Of a stretch of DNA of 64,000 bases, positions 27,681 through 41,929 are shown one piece after another (position 1 is the stretch's first letter; every line of letters starts with the position of its first letter). The position numbers and the translations under genes are program-made. The notes below the pieces were generated by a model that made no database searches, was not told where the DNA came from, and saw nothing but the letters and a program-made list of their open reading frames with translations. The DNA is from Octopus sinensis (taxonomy: Eukaryota), in NCBI RefSeq assembly GCF_006345805.1, contig NC_043004.1, positions 620,001 through 684,000 of the forward strand. Direction: 5' to 3'.

Positions 27681-27757
27681 GTTTAGATGACATTCAAGGA
27701 AATTGATCTTTTGCCTTTATAGATCGTTCATATTTCAGGAATCTAGAGTGAAGCGAA

Positions 27758-27792
<35 letters not shown>

Positions 27793-30590
27793 TCCTGCAT
27801 ACAACTTAATTACATCCAGGAAATTACTTCTTCGTGAAAAATTTCATAAATGTACTCGCCTAATGGCACCTACAAGATGCACTTGCCATAAATAGTATTG
27901 ATTACAAAGAAACTTACGAAACCGTTTTTGTTGTCATCATTCCAGGCGTAGAGAATATATTTCATCTGATATTCTATACTTGTTTATCCTTCGTTACGTT
28001 AGTCAAGACAATTTCAATCTAAATACAACTCCTTGTCCGCTGCTTCCAGTTTGTGTGGATAGAAATTAGAATCCACAGCCAAAATGATCTGAACACTCGC
28101 TGTCCTTGGAGGCTGTGGGATACTTTTGTTTTTATATATTTTCAAAAATTGTAAACGATTTTTAGTTGTTGGCAGTTATGTATAGGGTTGTTTTATTCTT
28201 GTTTGGAATCATCGGCAGGATGACATAACTGGTCCTTCGTCGATTACGACGATAAAGGTTCTGGTCGATCCGAAATACCGAACCGCCTGCTCATGAAATT
28301 AACGTGCAGGTGGCTGAGCACTCCACAGACGATTGTACCCTTAACGTAGTTCTTGGGGAGATTGAATGTGATACAGAATGTGCCAAGGCTGGCCCTTTGA
28401 AATACAGGTGCAACTCGTTTTTGCCAACTAAATGTATTGGAGCAATGTGAAATAAAGTGTCTTGATTAAGGACGCAACATACGGCCTAACGATCGTCAGC
28501 CAAATACCTTAACCACCAAACCACGCGCCTTTGACACGAACAGTGGCAAGAATGTTACTTTCAATGAAACATTTTACGAAGTGAGATAATTTTGAAGATA
28601 TTCAAGGAAACTTTTTGTCTTTATAAATTGTTCATAATACAGGAAAAGAGAGAGAGAGAAAGAGGTAGGTAGAGACCTATTAGAGCTGAGAGAGAAGAAC
28701 ATCCGCATACTGATTAATTTAATCCAGGGAAACAGTATTCTGTGAAAAATGTCCTTAACGTAGTTCCTTTTATAGTCTTGAGAGAAACAAATTGCAAAAG
28801 CAGTTTTTGGTGTCACCATTCCGGGGGTGAGATAATGTATTTCATCTGTGTTTGTTCTTTGTTAGGTTAATACAGACAAATTCTTTGTAAATATAACGCT
28901 TTGTGTATCGCCATCAGTTTGTGTGGATATAACGTAGATTTCACAGCTCGAGTGAGTTGAAGATGTGTAGTCTTTGAAGGTAGGTGTTTGATGGGTGACA
29001 GTCTATACTAAATGCGTTTTAAGTCATCTGCGGGATAAGAATGTGGAAGATTAAATTTAAAAGTAATGAAGTAGATACACAGAATATGGCATACAATTAA
29101 GCACTATACGAAGTGAGAAGTTTAGGGGACATTCATGGAAAAATATTTTTCTCTCTTGATCGATCGTTCAGATTTCAGAAAGCTAGAAAGGCGCGAATAC
29201 AGATGACAGAGAAAAGACCTACTATACCCAGAAAATTATTACCTTGTGAAAAATTTCATAAATGTGGTTAGCAGAACAGAATGGTTCTGGTTAGAGATAA
29301 AGGGGAAAAGCCGTTTTCGATGTGATCTTTTAGGGCGTACAAAATGAATTTTCGTATTATTCCATCGTTGTTTATCCTTTGTTACGTTTGCAGGGAAAAT
29401 TTATTTGTCAAAATAACGCGATTGTCTCTATCGCAATCAGTTTGTGCAGATATAAAACTGAATTCATAAATGTATAAGTGTTTCGATTACCAACAAATTT
29501 CAAAAGCTGTTTTTGGTGTCATTATTTCGGGCGTATATAATACAATTCGTCTGCTGTCCCATCGTTATTTATTCTTAACCACAAACAGAGTGGGTTTCAC
29601 CATCAGTTTGTGTATATATGAATAGAATGAACAGCCAGAGTGAGGTGAAGAGTGAGACAGTTATTTTGAGGGAGGTGATTACTACTAAATAAATTAAATC
29701 AACTTCAGGTTGAATTTAATACTTAAAACAAACAGGGATGTTGCACAGAATATAGCTGCTTCTTGTATACATTACAAAGATCGTAAATATTTTTGTCATT
29801 GATTGAGTTGTTTCGCACCATTTATATCTTGTTTGGAATCAAAATAACATAAACCTTGGCAAATATATTACATTCAATGAAATATTGGAGGAAGTGAGAC
29901 AGCTTAGAAAGCATTCATGGAAACTGTTTTTCTGTTTCTAAAGATAGTTCATACTTAAGGAATTTAGAGAGAAGCGAACAGAGAGAAGCGAACAGAGAGA
30001 AGCGAATAGAACTGAGAGAGTCCTACATACAGGTTAATTATATCCGAAGAATTATCACTGATTTCTTTTATACGGCGTTTTATTTCTCATAGATTGAACC
30101 AATCACCCGTGATAAACGAGGACAGATGCTCATACTTTCAACATAAGCACTGGTGTTTCAACCGAAATCTGGTTTTTGAGCTTCAGTTAATGGTTTACAG
30201 GAAATTGGAGAAACATGTATCAGTCATTTGACTGTGACCATGCTGCAGCACCGTCTTTAGTCGAACAAATCGACCCCAGGACATATTCTTTGTAAGCCTA
30301 GTACTTATTCTATAGGTCGTTTTTGCCGAACCGCTAAGATACGGGGACGTAAACACACCAACATCGGTTGTCAAGCGATAGTAGGGGAACAAACACAGAC
30401 ACACAAATACACGCACGCACACGCACATTCACATACCCACACCCACCCACACACACGTACACAAACACCAATACTCACACACGCACAAACACCAACAGGC
30501 ACACACTCACACCAACAGGCACACATACACACATACCAACACGCACACAAATCAACACGCACACACACACCAGCACGCACATACACACAC

Positions 30591-30626
<36 letters not shown>

Positions 30627-30922
30627 TTTTATACGATGGCTTCCTCACAGTTTCCGTCTACCACATTCATTCATAAGGGATTGTTATACTCGGGACTGCT
30701 GCGCAGTAAGACTGAACTCGCATCAACATCATTACAAAGCGAGCTTCTTAACCACACTGCCTCTCCTGCGCCTATCACCTGCCTTATATTACAATTATCC
30801 GCCTCGGCCACTTAAAAAAAAACTATCATTGAAAGCAAAGGCGGGGAAATGTGCTCAAAGATCATCCATCTGTCAGATTGTGTCATCTCATTTTGTAGAC
30901 AGACGGCAGAGTATGACTGCAA

Positions 30923-31730
30923 AGGCGGCGAGCTGGCAGAATCGTTAGCACGCCGGGCGAAATGCTTAGCGGTATTTCGTCTGCCGTTACGTTCTGAGTT
31001 CTAATTCCGCCGAGGTCGACTTTGCCTTTCATCCTTTCGGTGTTTATCAAATAAGTACCAGTTACGCAATGGGGTCGATGTAATCGACTTAATCCGTTTG
31101 TCTGTCCTTGTTTGACTTCTCTGTGTTTAGCCCCTTGTGGGTAGTAAAGAAATAGGTATTTCGTCAGCCGCTACGTTCTAAGTTCAAATTCCGCCGAAGT
31201 CGACTTTGCCTTTCATCTTTTCGGGGTCGATAAATTAAGTACCAGTTACGCACTGGGGTCAATGTAATCGACTTAACCCCTTTGTCTGTCCTTGTTTGTA
31301 CCCTCTATGTTTATTGCCTTGTGGGCAATTAAGAAATAAGAAACGTTAGCACGCGGGCGAAATGCTTAGCGGTATTTCGTCTGCGTTACGTTGTGAGTTC
31401 AAATTCCGCGAGTCGACTTGTTTCGACTTCGGCATACTTTCATCCTTTCGGGGTCGATAATTAAGTGCCAGTTACGCACTGGGGTCGATGTAATCGACTT
31501 AATACCTATGTCTGTCCTTGTTTGTCCCCTCTGTGTTTAGCCCCTTGTGGGTATAAAGAAATATGTATTTCGTCTATCTTTACGTTCTGAGTTCAAATTC
31601 CGCCGAAGTCGACTTTGCCTTTCATCCTTTCGGGGTCGATAAATTAAGTACCAGTCACGTATTGGGATCGATCTAATCGACTGGCCTCCTCCCCAAAACT
31701 TTCGGGCCTTGTGCTTAGAGTAGAAAAGAA
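30923..31730 (+). repeat. Tandemly amplified SINE family B (four to five internal units of ~170-210 bp)
   Basis: Repeats of gtatttcgtc...gttcaaattccgccgaggtcgactttgcctttcatcctttcggggtcg...gtctgtccttgtttg. Confidence 0.85.
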
Positions 31731-32408
31731 TAACTGACTGCTATTTCTAGCATGTCGAGTAACCATATACAGGCTCCCACGTTTGTTTTTGAAAACGCCT
31801 CATGTCCGGCCATCTGTGCGATTGTGTTCGTCTCAGAGCTGCTGAGTCAGACACTGACGGCTCCGTTCTATATTTAAAACGACTTTTCAGTCAATATATC
31901 GATTATTTCTATGAATATTTGGGAGGAGGGGGGTAATTTTTTTTTTTAATATAAAAAAAAATTGTCTTTCATTATTGAAATAAACTGAAAACTGAAATAA
32001 CAAGGACGACAGCAACAACAGCAACAGCAACAGCAGCAGCAGCAGCAGCAGCAACAACAACAACAACAACAACAACAACAGTGTGAAAGTAATTCCTTTG
32101 ACTAAGATTGCATCCCCAAATGGTTACATTCTGCTCCCAAATTGGTTTCATTCAAGTCAGGAGATTCTGTTTGATAGCAGTAGTTAGGAGTTTAGGGGGT
32201 GGGTGGGATGGGGGAGGGCGAGGTGGGAATCCGTCCTGGGCGATGCTTTTGTGAAGGGAGCACACTTTGGGGGTTTGCTCAATCATATAAAATAGTATGA
32301 TAATAGATGGGTAGATAATTGCATACATGTATGTGTGCGTGCGTGTATAAACGCAGCAGCACGGCTGAAGCGAGTAAAGAAATATATATATATGTGTGTG
32401 TGTATGTG

Positions 32409-32490
<82 letters not shown>

Positions 32491-32503
32491 CACACACACA
32501 CAC

Positions 32504-32536
<33 letters not shown>

Positions 32537-33153
32537 TATATATATCTTATAACTAATAAAAGTGTTCAGCAAAAGAATTGCCTCACCGCATACCGAAGTC
32601 AGAATAGCAGCCAAATCTAGCCAATTCTTCTACTTTAAAAAGGTTCTTCCAGAGAACCCAAAATACTTGAAGTTAATCACACAGGCAGAGGGTAAAGCAA
32701 ACGAAAATCAATCAATATCCGATCATCCATAGACGCGCGTTTCTGAATTAGGTTTTTACATAAAGAATATTAAAAAATATACTTTACTAACCATATTCTT
32801 CAACAGTATGGATTTTCTGTTATAATCCGGAGGTACTAGAACATCTGAACGAATTATTTCATATAACGGTGTTAGGCCCTTCGCATTCGATGTTAGTACC
32901 ACTAGATTCAAAATACGAATGAGAACCGCTCAGCTTCCCTCGCCCTTCCACGTGTGTCTCCAAGTAAAATGCTACATATTCTCAGGGAGAAAGTTCTATT
33001 ATCAATAATAACAATTCTTTTGCTGAACCCTTTTTATTAGTATTACTAAAATTTACCGTGTTAGCGGTCCTGTTTTCATACCGAATTCTACTTGGTGAAT
33101 TATTGATTACTTCTAATTAATTAATTTTACCCTTTGTTATTATTGAATATATA

Positions 33154-33203
<50 letters not shown>

Positions 33204-33430
33204 ATATAATATATATATACACACATACATACATCATACATACATACATACATACATACATACATACATACATACATACTAAATGTAAGCTAAAAAAAAA
33301 ACTCCCACAAAAATGACAACCGATCTAAATCTCTTATTTCTCTTGTATAATCTAGCCTGCAATTTTGTCGCAAAAAATAGAGATGATAGATACGACGGAA
33401 GCGAATGTGTGTTTGTTCTAGTTTTACACA

Positions 33431-33825
33431 TCTTTATATATAAAAGTGAGGTTGTGTGTCTGTCTCCTACGATTTAGATTCCTAACTACTCCCACATTTT
33501 GCAGTGCAGTTTAACCAAAAGCGGGTATCTTATAGTCGTGATTCATATCGAGCCCTTCTGGGTATTAGCGCGTGTCTACGATGAGTCTACGATTAAAAAA
33601 AAATTTACCATCATTTTTTTTCCATTTTAATGTATGTTTTTCGCTATTATATAAGGGAAGTAACTCTCTAAAAATGTCTACGATGATCAACGATTTAAAA
33701 AAAATTTACCACCATTTTTTTCCATTTTTAATGCATTTTTGCTATTTTTTTGGCTATAACTCTCTAAAAATGCTTATATAATTATTTCCCTTACAAACCC
33801 GAGCAACGCCGGGCGATACTGCTAG
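33431..33825 (+). mobile_element. Non-autonomous Helitron
   Basis: A|TC start, subterminal hairpin cccgagcaacgccggg, CTAG|T end. Confidence 0.8.
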
Positions 33826-35072
33826 TTTAAAATAAATCAGCTTAAAAAAGGCTCCCTCCCCGCCGCCAGAAAACAAACAAACAAACAAACAATGATTGCT
33901 GATGGTAATCAGTCAAATTAATGAGTAATATTTTGTTTAGCAGAGAAAAGCGTGGGACAGTGACGTTTAAATAAAATTAGTATTGAGCCCACAGCAATTT
34001 TGAAGCGAGGGATCAGTTGCTATTATCGACCCAGCAGTATATCTGGTGGTGATGGTGATGCATAATGGGATGCATAATGCCTCGAGTGGCATTCTTGGGA
34101 CTCCTGTATAAGCCCGTATTTTTGTGGGACCCCTGGGAATAGCAAACACTCTACGCCTTTGTAGTGACTCTTGACCTTGATTGGTTTTTTGGTGTAGTTG
34201 ACGAGTACTCTGATATAGGTTAAGGAAGATTTGGCTGCTATTTCTAAAGGTTTTGTGTTTGCTGTTCTCCTTGGGGGTAAAGTCATGCTATCGAAGCTTC
34301 GATTGGATAAAAATACCTAATTTTAAATGTCTGTAACTTCTTTATTATTAATTCCTTGAAAATGTGAATGCGATTTTCATCATCAGAAGAACATTTAAAA
34401 AAAAATGTAATCTGGTGAAAATTGGAAAAACTTCAAGTGTCTGGAAGAAATTTAAGATCTTAACGAAGGGATGAAAAGTAAAACAGGGATTCGAACATAG
34501 TCAGAAGTAGTCATGGAACCAATACTGCGAGGCAATTTGTTCGACGCGCTAACGAGTCGGGCAGTAAAAGAGAGAAATAGAATTAGTACCAGATTAAAAA
34601 AAACTAAGTACTATGGTCGATTTGTTCCACAAAACCCATCGAAGCGGTGCCCCAGTATGGCAGTAGTTCAATGAATGAAACAAAATAAGATATAAAACAT
34701 AAAATGCGGTTAAAGTACAGCATATATAGGGAAAGAATTGTCGAGTTTACGTCTCATAGTTTGCATGCACAAGTAAATTCTAAATACATAAATACATTTA
34801 AAAAATCTCCCATTAAAATTTATATTTTTATGTGAGCAAAAAATGACTCACTTGATAAAAGAATTATCTCCCTTGACCTGTTTAATGTGTTTCAGAACTA
34901 CATTGGCGATGGCGTGGCTGTGTGGGTAAGACGTTTGCCTCCCAGCCACTTAGTTCCGTGTTCAGTCCCACTGTATTGCACTTTGTGGAAGTGTATTCTA
35001 CTATCGCATCGACAAATCAAAGCCTTGTGAGTGGATTTGGTTGACAGAAACTGAAAAATCCCATCCTATACA

Positions 35073-35103
<31 letters not shown>

Positions 35104-35105
35104 CA

Positions 35106-35147
<42 letters not shown>

Positions 35148-35458
35148 ACACACATATGTATATATATCATTATTTCTAATTCTCTCAAAAGGAGACTACG
35201 CCAGCAGTACTGGACATTAATAGTTATCGTCAAGCCAACATGGCAGTCCAGGAAAATAGGACGCAAGCTGCCGTTGATTAGCTCCAAGAGCTAAGGGGAA
35301 GCTGCTGACTGCCCGTGTTCGAAGGTTATAATGAACACAGGTTTGTGTGTCACATAGCTAGCTAGTGGCGACGGCCTCTTGGAGCTAATCAACGGGGCGG
35401 CATTCGTCCTATTTTTCTGGACTGCCATGTTACATTGGCGATAACTATCAATATATAT

Positions 35459-35547
<89 letters not shown>

Positions 35548-35654
35548 GTATATATTATATATTATATATATATATGTGTTTGTGTGTGTGTATAAATTAA
35601 CAGAATGAGATAAAAATCCAAAGCTGTGAAAGATTTCAGAACATTTATAAATAT

Positions 35655-35702
35655 GTCTTACAGCTGTTTCCGGGATATTTTATATATCCCTTCATCGGAG
35701 AC
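35655..35702 (-). ncRNA. Minimal type I hammerhead motif (U4 to C variant)
   Basis: Minus strand: gtct-CCGATGA-a-gggatat(ataaa)atatccc-g-GAAA-CAGCTG-TA-agac; stems I and II pair fully, stem III palindromic. Confidence 0.7.
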
Positions 35703-35965
35703 GGTGTGAGAAAATGGTTAAGCAATAGTTATTCTAGAGAAGATATGAAATAGAGAGTGAAGTGGAGGAATGAAAACAGAAGTGAGATATGCAGGGATAT
35801 TGTATCTGGGGTTCCATTATTTAGGCAGAATGGTATACATATAAGATTCCTGTACCTTTGTGTGTAAGTTCCATTAGACCTGGAGTTTAACTATAGTCTG
35901 TCCATAGGACTAAACATTACCTGATACCTTTGAGTCTTCTTGACACCATTATCTCTCATAACCTC

Positions 35966-36024
<59 letters not shown>

Positions 36025-36035
36025 CTATATATATA

Positions 36036-36091
<56 letters not shown>

Positions 36092-36480
36092 GAAATATGT
36101 TACGAAAAGAAAATATAAAGTACACGTGGAAATGTAAGGGTAAAATATGAAAAATCAACGAAAATGCACCTTGCAAATAGAAAAAGGCTATTTATGACAG
36201 GTAACGACAAATATATACATTTAGATTGACTGAGGTAGTAATATGAGTCATAAAAGTCATTATTATGAGATGATTATAAGATGATAATAAAGTAAGAGAA
36301 CAAAACGAACCATGGTTTACGCAAAGCGATTCATCGTTTGAACAACACCGGTCAATACACGGTATCAGGTCTAATAGTTCCTGAGAAAAAAGATTATTTG
36401 TAAGGGAGGTAAGTAGTTCTGGATTTAGAGATGTGAGTGGCGTAGGAAGTGTATAGGGTTTAGTGGTTTCAATTGAAGAG

Positions 36481-36700
36481 TTAGTGGTGTTCTGTATTGA
36501 GTTGTGTGTTCATATTTAGTTGGGGGAGAAATTTATTGATAAAAAATGCCTCTTTATTCAACCTTTGTTGCATTGTGGTGTTCTGTGAATATTGATAAAA
36601 GGGAAATATTTGGAAATTAGGATTAAGATTCCTGGCACATCTTTCTATGTGTTCACTCACCTTTAACTCTGTATTGTGGGTGACGGATTTGCTCTTTGTG
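36481..36700 (-). mobile_element. Penelope-like element GIY-YIG endonuclease C-terminal fragment
   Basis: VSEHIERCA..NFQIFPFYQ......RLNKEAFFINKFLPQLN matches the PLE EN ending (R..kE..fI....P.LN); same strand as and upstream of the hammerhead at 35655-35702. Confidence 0.8.
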
Positions 36701-36881
36701 AATGGTGATTCTTTGCCGGAGCGAAATTCCTGTTTGTCCAATGTAGAGTTTACCACATCCTATGCATGTCATGACATAGATTACATTTGCTGAGGCCAGG
36801 TGAAATTTGATTTGATCTTAAATATTTCTCCTTGTTTGAATATATATTATATATAATAATATATATATATATTATATAATA

Positions 36882-36919
<38 letters not shown>

Positions 36920-36949
36920 TATATATATGTGTGTGTGTGTGTGTGTGTG

Positions 36950-37133
36950 AGTACCGTTGGCGATTTTTTTCCTCTGTCTTCCCTTCTCTGGATCTTCCTT
37001 CTCCTATGTTTCCGACGAAGAGCTCCGCACGAAACGTTAAATCCTCCTTCTTTCCTTCTTTCCTGAGCGTCCAATAATACTATATTTGTTTCACGTCCTC
37101 GAGTTGTGTTTTTTTGCTTTCTTGTTTGGATTA

Positions 37134-37138
<5 letters not shown>
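36950..37138 (+). mobile_element. Short PLE-like remnant with degenerate hammerhead
   Basis: gttt-CCGACGA-a-gagc-tcc-gcac-GAAA-CGTT-aaat at 37008-37042, between microsatellites. Confidence 0.5.
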
Positions 37139-37205
<67 letters not shown>

Positions 37206-37922
37206 GATAGATAGATAGATAGATAGATACACACACACACACACTTCATTCATACCAACAACCTACAATTTATATACAAGTAGAATAGTTAGTGCGCTAT
37301 TATGTAGATGTGTGTATATGTGTGTATGTATACGTATATGTATATGCACATGTATGTAGGCAAATGGATACGAATGTAAACAGATAGACATACAGACACA
37401 GTACATAGTCGCAAAAACCCATGCACAGACACACTCAGACATGCACACACAAGGAGACAGAGGTTTTCACACAGATGCAAACACACACGCACACACACAC
37501 ACACACAAAAATACACAAACACGAACATAAACATACACACATACATATATACATACGCATACACACACATGCATACACACACTTAGATACATACATACAT
37601 ACATACATGCATACATACACACACACATACATACATACATACATACACACATTCACACATATATACATACATACACACACACACATACATACATACATAC
37701 ATACATACATACATACATACATACATGTGTATGCGCGCGCACACACACTGACCCACACACATGCGCACAAACAAACAAAAATAACGCAGCTCGGATAACG
37801 GAGAGAGTCAATGGCTATTGAAAAGTTTGCAAGACGCAACGAAAATTTTAGTGGAAATCGAACCGGTGAATCTGTTAAATAATAAGGCACTAAATGAGAA
37901 TGACTTTTCCCAGACACAACAA

Positions 37923-38348
37923 TACCGTAAATCCTCGAGTATAATCCGCATTTTTTTCCCTCAAATTTAAAGGCCAAATTCCCTAGTGCGTACTATACAC
38001 GAGGTTAAAAATGAAAATTATTTTCTAAGCAATGTCCGAGTCTCTATTTGCTGTCCGGCAATGTTTATTCTGACGCATTTTGTGATGTCAGGCGCGAAAA
38101 TGCCTTAAATCATCCATAACTTGCAGTTAGCAACACTTATTAAACGTTATAACTGTTATTTCTTTATTTTCTGCAAACAAAATGCTAAAAAGAGCTACAC
38201 TTTTGCATTATGTTATATATAGAATAATAATAAAGGACGTTAGCGTAGACATTTTTACAAACGAAGGACGTTATATAGATCTCCTTGACTCAAGTTACAC
38301 AAGGGGTGCATATTATACTCAAGGGCGGACTATACTCGAGGATTTACG

Positions 38349-38351
<3 letters not shown>
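37923..38351. mobile_element. Tc2/pogo-type MITE
   Basis: TIR ta-ccgtaaatcctcgagtata / tatactcgaggatttacgt-ta with TA flanks. Confidence 0.85.
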
Positions 38352-38383
<32 letters not shown>

Positions 38384-38386
<3 letters not shown>

Positions 38387-38751
38387 ATATATATAAACGG
38401 CAGTTTGTCTGTGTGTCTGTTAGGTTGTACCCTTACCCTGACCACGGCTTTCAACCGATTCTGATGAAACTTGACACACACTATCCCAATGTCATAATTC
38501 AAAACTAACGCAGCGAAATTTTTGAAAGTTCCCCCAGTTCTGAAAAAGATCGATAAATTCGACATGGGGTCGACAATCAGAAACACAAACCACAGATGGT
38601 CTAGGGGACGCAACTCGACCTTTTTAACTCTCAAAAAAAAAAAATTTACCATAATTATTTTCCATTTTTTGCTATTTTTTGGCTATAACTCTCTAAAAAT
38701 GCTTTATAGTTATTTCCCTTACAAACCCGAGCAACGCCGGGATACTGCTAG
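38384..38751 (+). mobile_element. Non-autonomous Helitron
   Basis: TC start inside (TA)n, hairpin cccgagcaacgccggg, CTAG|T end. Confidence 0.8.
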
Positions 38752-38756
38752 TATAT

Positions 38757-38799
<43 letters not shown>

Positions 38800-38978
38800 G
38801 TGTGTGTATATATATAAACATTTAATATGGTTTTAGAGTCAAGTTTGGCTGCTATTTCCAACGTGCTGGTATCTCTTAGATATCCTAAATTATAATTTTT
38901 AAAAGAATTATTACTTTGAAGGCTTTTATTACCATGCTGGTCACTCGATAAGATCGATATTTAAATTAACGATATTAT

Positions 38979-39042
<64 letters not shown>

Positions 39043-39246
39043 TGCTTGACTACGGCCATGCTGCACGCACCACCGCCTTAGAGGGTTTTAGTCGAACAAA
39101 TCAGTTCAGATCTTATTTCTTTAAACCTAGTATTTATTCTACCAGTCGCTTATGTCGAACCACTAAATTACGGGGACGGAAACACAACCGACACTGGTTG
39201 CTAAGCAGTGGTGGGGGACAAACACAGACACACATACGGACACACA

Positions 39247-39297
<51 letters not shown>

Positions 39298-39704
39298 AAC
39301 GGGCTTCTTTCAGTTTCCGTTTATCAAATCCACTGAAAAAGTTTTTGTTAGCCGCAGCTATAACAGAAGACACTTGCCGAAGGTGTCACACAGTTGGACT
39401 GAACCTGGAACTATGTCCCTTGGAAGCAAACTTCTTACCACACAGCCACGCCTGCACCTACATGTGTGTGTGAGTGCGCGCGCATGTCTGTGTTTCCTCT
39501 CCTGACCACCGCATTGTCAGTGTTGGTCAGTTTACGTCCTCGTAATGTAGCGGACCGGCAAAAGGAGCCGATACAATAAGCACCAGGCTTGGAATAAATA
39601 AATAAATAGATAAATAAATAAAATGCTGGAGTCGATTTGTTCGACCAGAATTCTTCAAGACGGCGCTCCAGCGTGGCCGTAGTCTTTTGACTGAAACAAG
39701 AGTG

Positions 39705-40160
39705 AGATGGGGAGAGAGAGTAAGAGAGAGAGATGGAGAGAGAGATGGGGTGAAAGATGGAGAAAGAGAGATATGGAGAGAGAGAGAGGGAGAGATGAGG
39801 AGAGAGAGAAAGAAAGAGAGATATAGAGAGAGATAGGGAGAAACGGGGGAGTGAGAGATAGGAGAGAGAGATGTGAGATGAAGAGATGAGAGAGAGAGAG
39901 ATGGGAGAGAGAAGAGAGAGAGAGAGGGCAGGGAGAGACAAAGAGAAGGGGGACAGAGAGACAGAGACAGACTGACAGAGAAAGAGAGAGGGAGAAAAAA
40001 GAAAGAGATACAAAGAGAGAGACAGAGAGACAGAGACAGACTAACAGAGAAAGAGAGAGGGAGAAAAAGAGAGAGAAAGAGATACAAAGAGAGAGAGACA
40101 GACTGACAGAAAGAGAGAGACAGAAACGGACAGACATACAGAGAAAAAGAAAAAGAAAGA

Positions 40161-40193
<33 letters not shown>

Positions 40194-40215
40194 GAGGGAG
40201 GGAGGGAGGGAGGCA
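39705..40215. repeat. Purine-rich (GA)n-derived low-complexity tract
   Basis: About 500 bp almost entirely G/A with internal duplications. Confidence 0.9.
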
Positions 40216-40648
40216 CAGGAGAGGTCGCGTTTCGGGTTAAAATAGAAAGGTGTTTTATTTATTTTGTATTTGTGTTTCTGAAAGGAAAGGGAGGATACTG
40301 AAGAGTTTTATGAGATGTCGTCGTAGAAACGTGACGTTGGTGACAGAAAGTTGATGTACGGTGTGTGTAATGAGCGAATGGAAAGCGATATGCGGATAGC
40401 GAGTTACACCTCAGGCAATAAAGAAGTTACCAGAGAAATTAGGGAAGGACGAGGAAGAAGGGGAAGCAGAGGGAGGAGGTGGAGGAGAGGGGAAGAAATA
40501 TAGAAAGAAAGGGAGAAAGAATTACGCAGAGAAAGAGGTAGAAAAATATAGGAGAATATAACCATACACATGAATAAACACATTTATATATATATATATA
40601 TATACATTCGCGCGTGCACACACACAGGCACGTAAAAAGGCATATATA

Positions 40649-40681
<33 letters not shown>

Positions 40682-40689
40682 ATATATTA

Positions 40690-41241
40690 AGACATTTATT
40701 GGATGGCCGTTGACTCTGAAGAGTTCCTCCGCCCTTTGACGGGTTTTGTTTTTCATCCCGCAGGGTGTCCAATAAACACTCTCCTCACCAAGCAAGCTGG
40801 GTGGGGTTGCCTGTTTAGTCGCCGACGACCCGACCATGCAACAGGTTGTACTGGGTTACCAGTAGCACTCGAAAGTGACCTGACATAAATGTCTTAAGGC
40901 TGTATTATGCGCAGGGACATAGAAATACTCGGACTGAATACCCGATTGCGCGGTTAATCCATTGGGAGTGAAGGACTCCTAGCCTTTGTTAGGGCATCCT
41001 TCTTGGAGAAGGTAACTCAGGTAACTGGGATAACTCCGGTATAAAACCTGCGGCTCAGTGGTTACTGATGATGTTGACTTGTTCTTCTTTTCGGATTAAG
41101 GCTGCTGTTGCTTAGTGAGTGGGATTGACTCAGTGCACAGCCTTTCCTCACTTAAAAAAAATTTCTTGCACAGGCATTGCAGGATAACAACATTGATTAA
41201 GCTTCGTGCAATGGCCATACTCGATAACGAGGGGGCAGCCA

Positions 41242-41242
<1 letters not shown>
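40690..41242 (+). mobile_element. Unclassified interspersed repeat (possible LINE 5' region)
   Basis: Sits between (TA)n tracts; shares tgcaacaggttgtac.gg.ttaccagta with 56165-56310. Confidence 0.4.
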
Positions 41243-41319
<77 letters not shown>

Positions 41320-41670
41320 TATTTAGTTAGCTATGGCCTAGGCCAATGTGGACAAAACCTATCTAAGTATCTTAGTATATATACATATGTATACATGCAT
41401 ATATATATATAATTCAAACATATAAGGGATGGCCATAATAGGACAACTATTAGTGGTTTGGAGTTTAACTGCTCTTTCTAGTGAGTCGGATGTCCTATTA
41501 TGGCCATCCCTTATATGTTTGAATGTATATTACATAGTCTATTGACTATTTTTCCTTTCTCACTTGACCGCTGGTAGCGGAGAATTTTTCTAGAATTTTT
41601 TGCTACCCTAAAATTTATTAATTAAGTATATATATATATATATATACATATATATATACACATACATATG

Positions 41671-41738
<68 letters not shown>

Positions 41739-41744
41739 CATATG

Positions 41745-41786
<42 letters not shown>

Positions 41787-41929
41787 GCAATAAAGATTCA
41801 AGTTAATTTAAATGAATTTACTTGAATATGGTACCTAACTTAGATGCACCAAAAAAAAACTATACTGTTTTAACAATACAGTAATGTGGGGTGATTATAA
41901 GCGAGAAAGAAGCAACAAGAATGGATAGG

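Larger units (their letters stand above)
23300..30080. pseudogene. Degenerate tandem array of ~0.7-kb units, probably decayed coding sequence of unknown family
   Basis: Recurrent blocks: atattacattcaatgaa..ttttacgaagtgagatagttt (near 23975, 24633, 24745, 27365, 28553, 29108, 29864), gccgtttttggtgtcatcatt (near 24222, 27922, 28800, 29310, 29507), ttagaattcacagccagagtgagttga (near 24368, 26406, 28066, 28935, 29622). Substitutions cluster every third base; all copies contain stops or frameshifts. Confidence 0.55.

Noticed and set aside
24360-29930. Recurrent TGA at aligned positions in array units, suggesting selenocysteine or a mitochondrial-code insert
   Set aside because: The TGAs disappear in an alternative frame, some copies have TAA, and I see no mitochondrial gene similarity or SECIS element.
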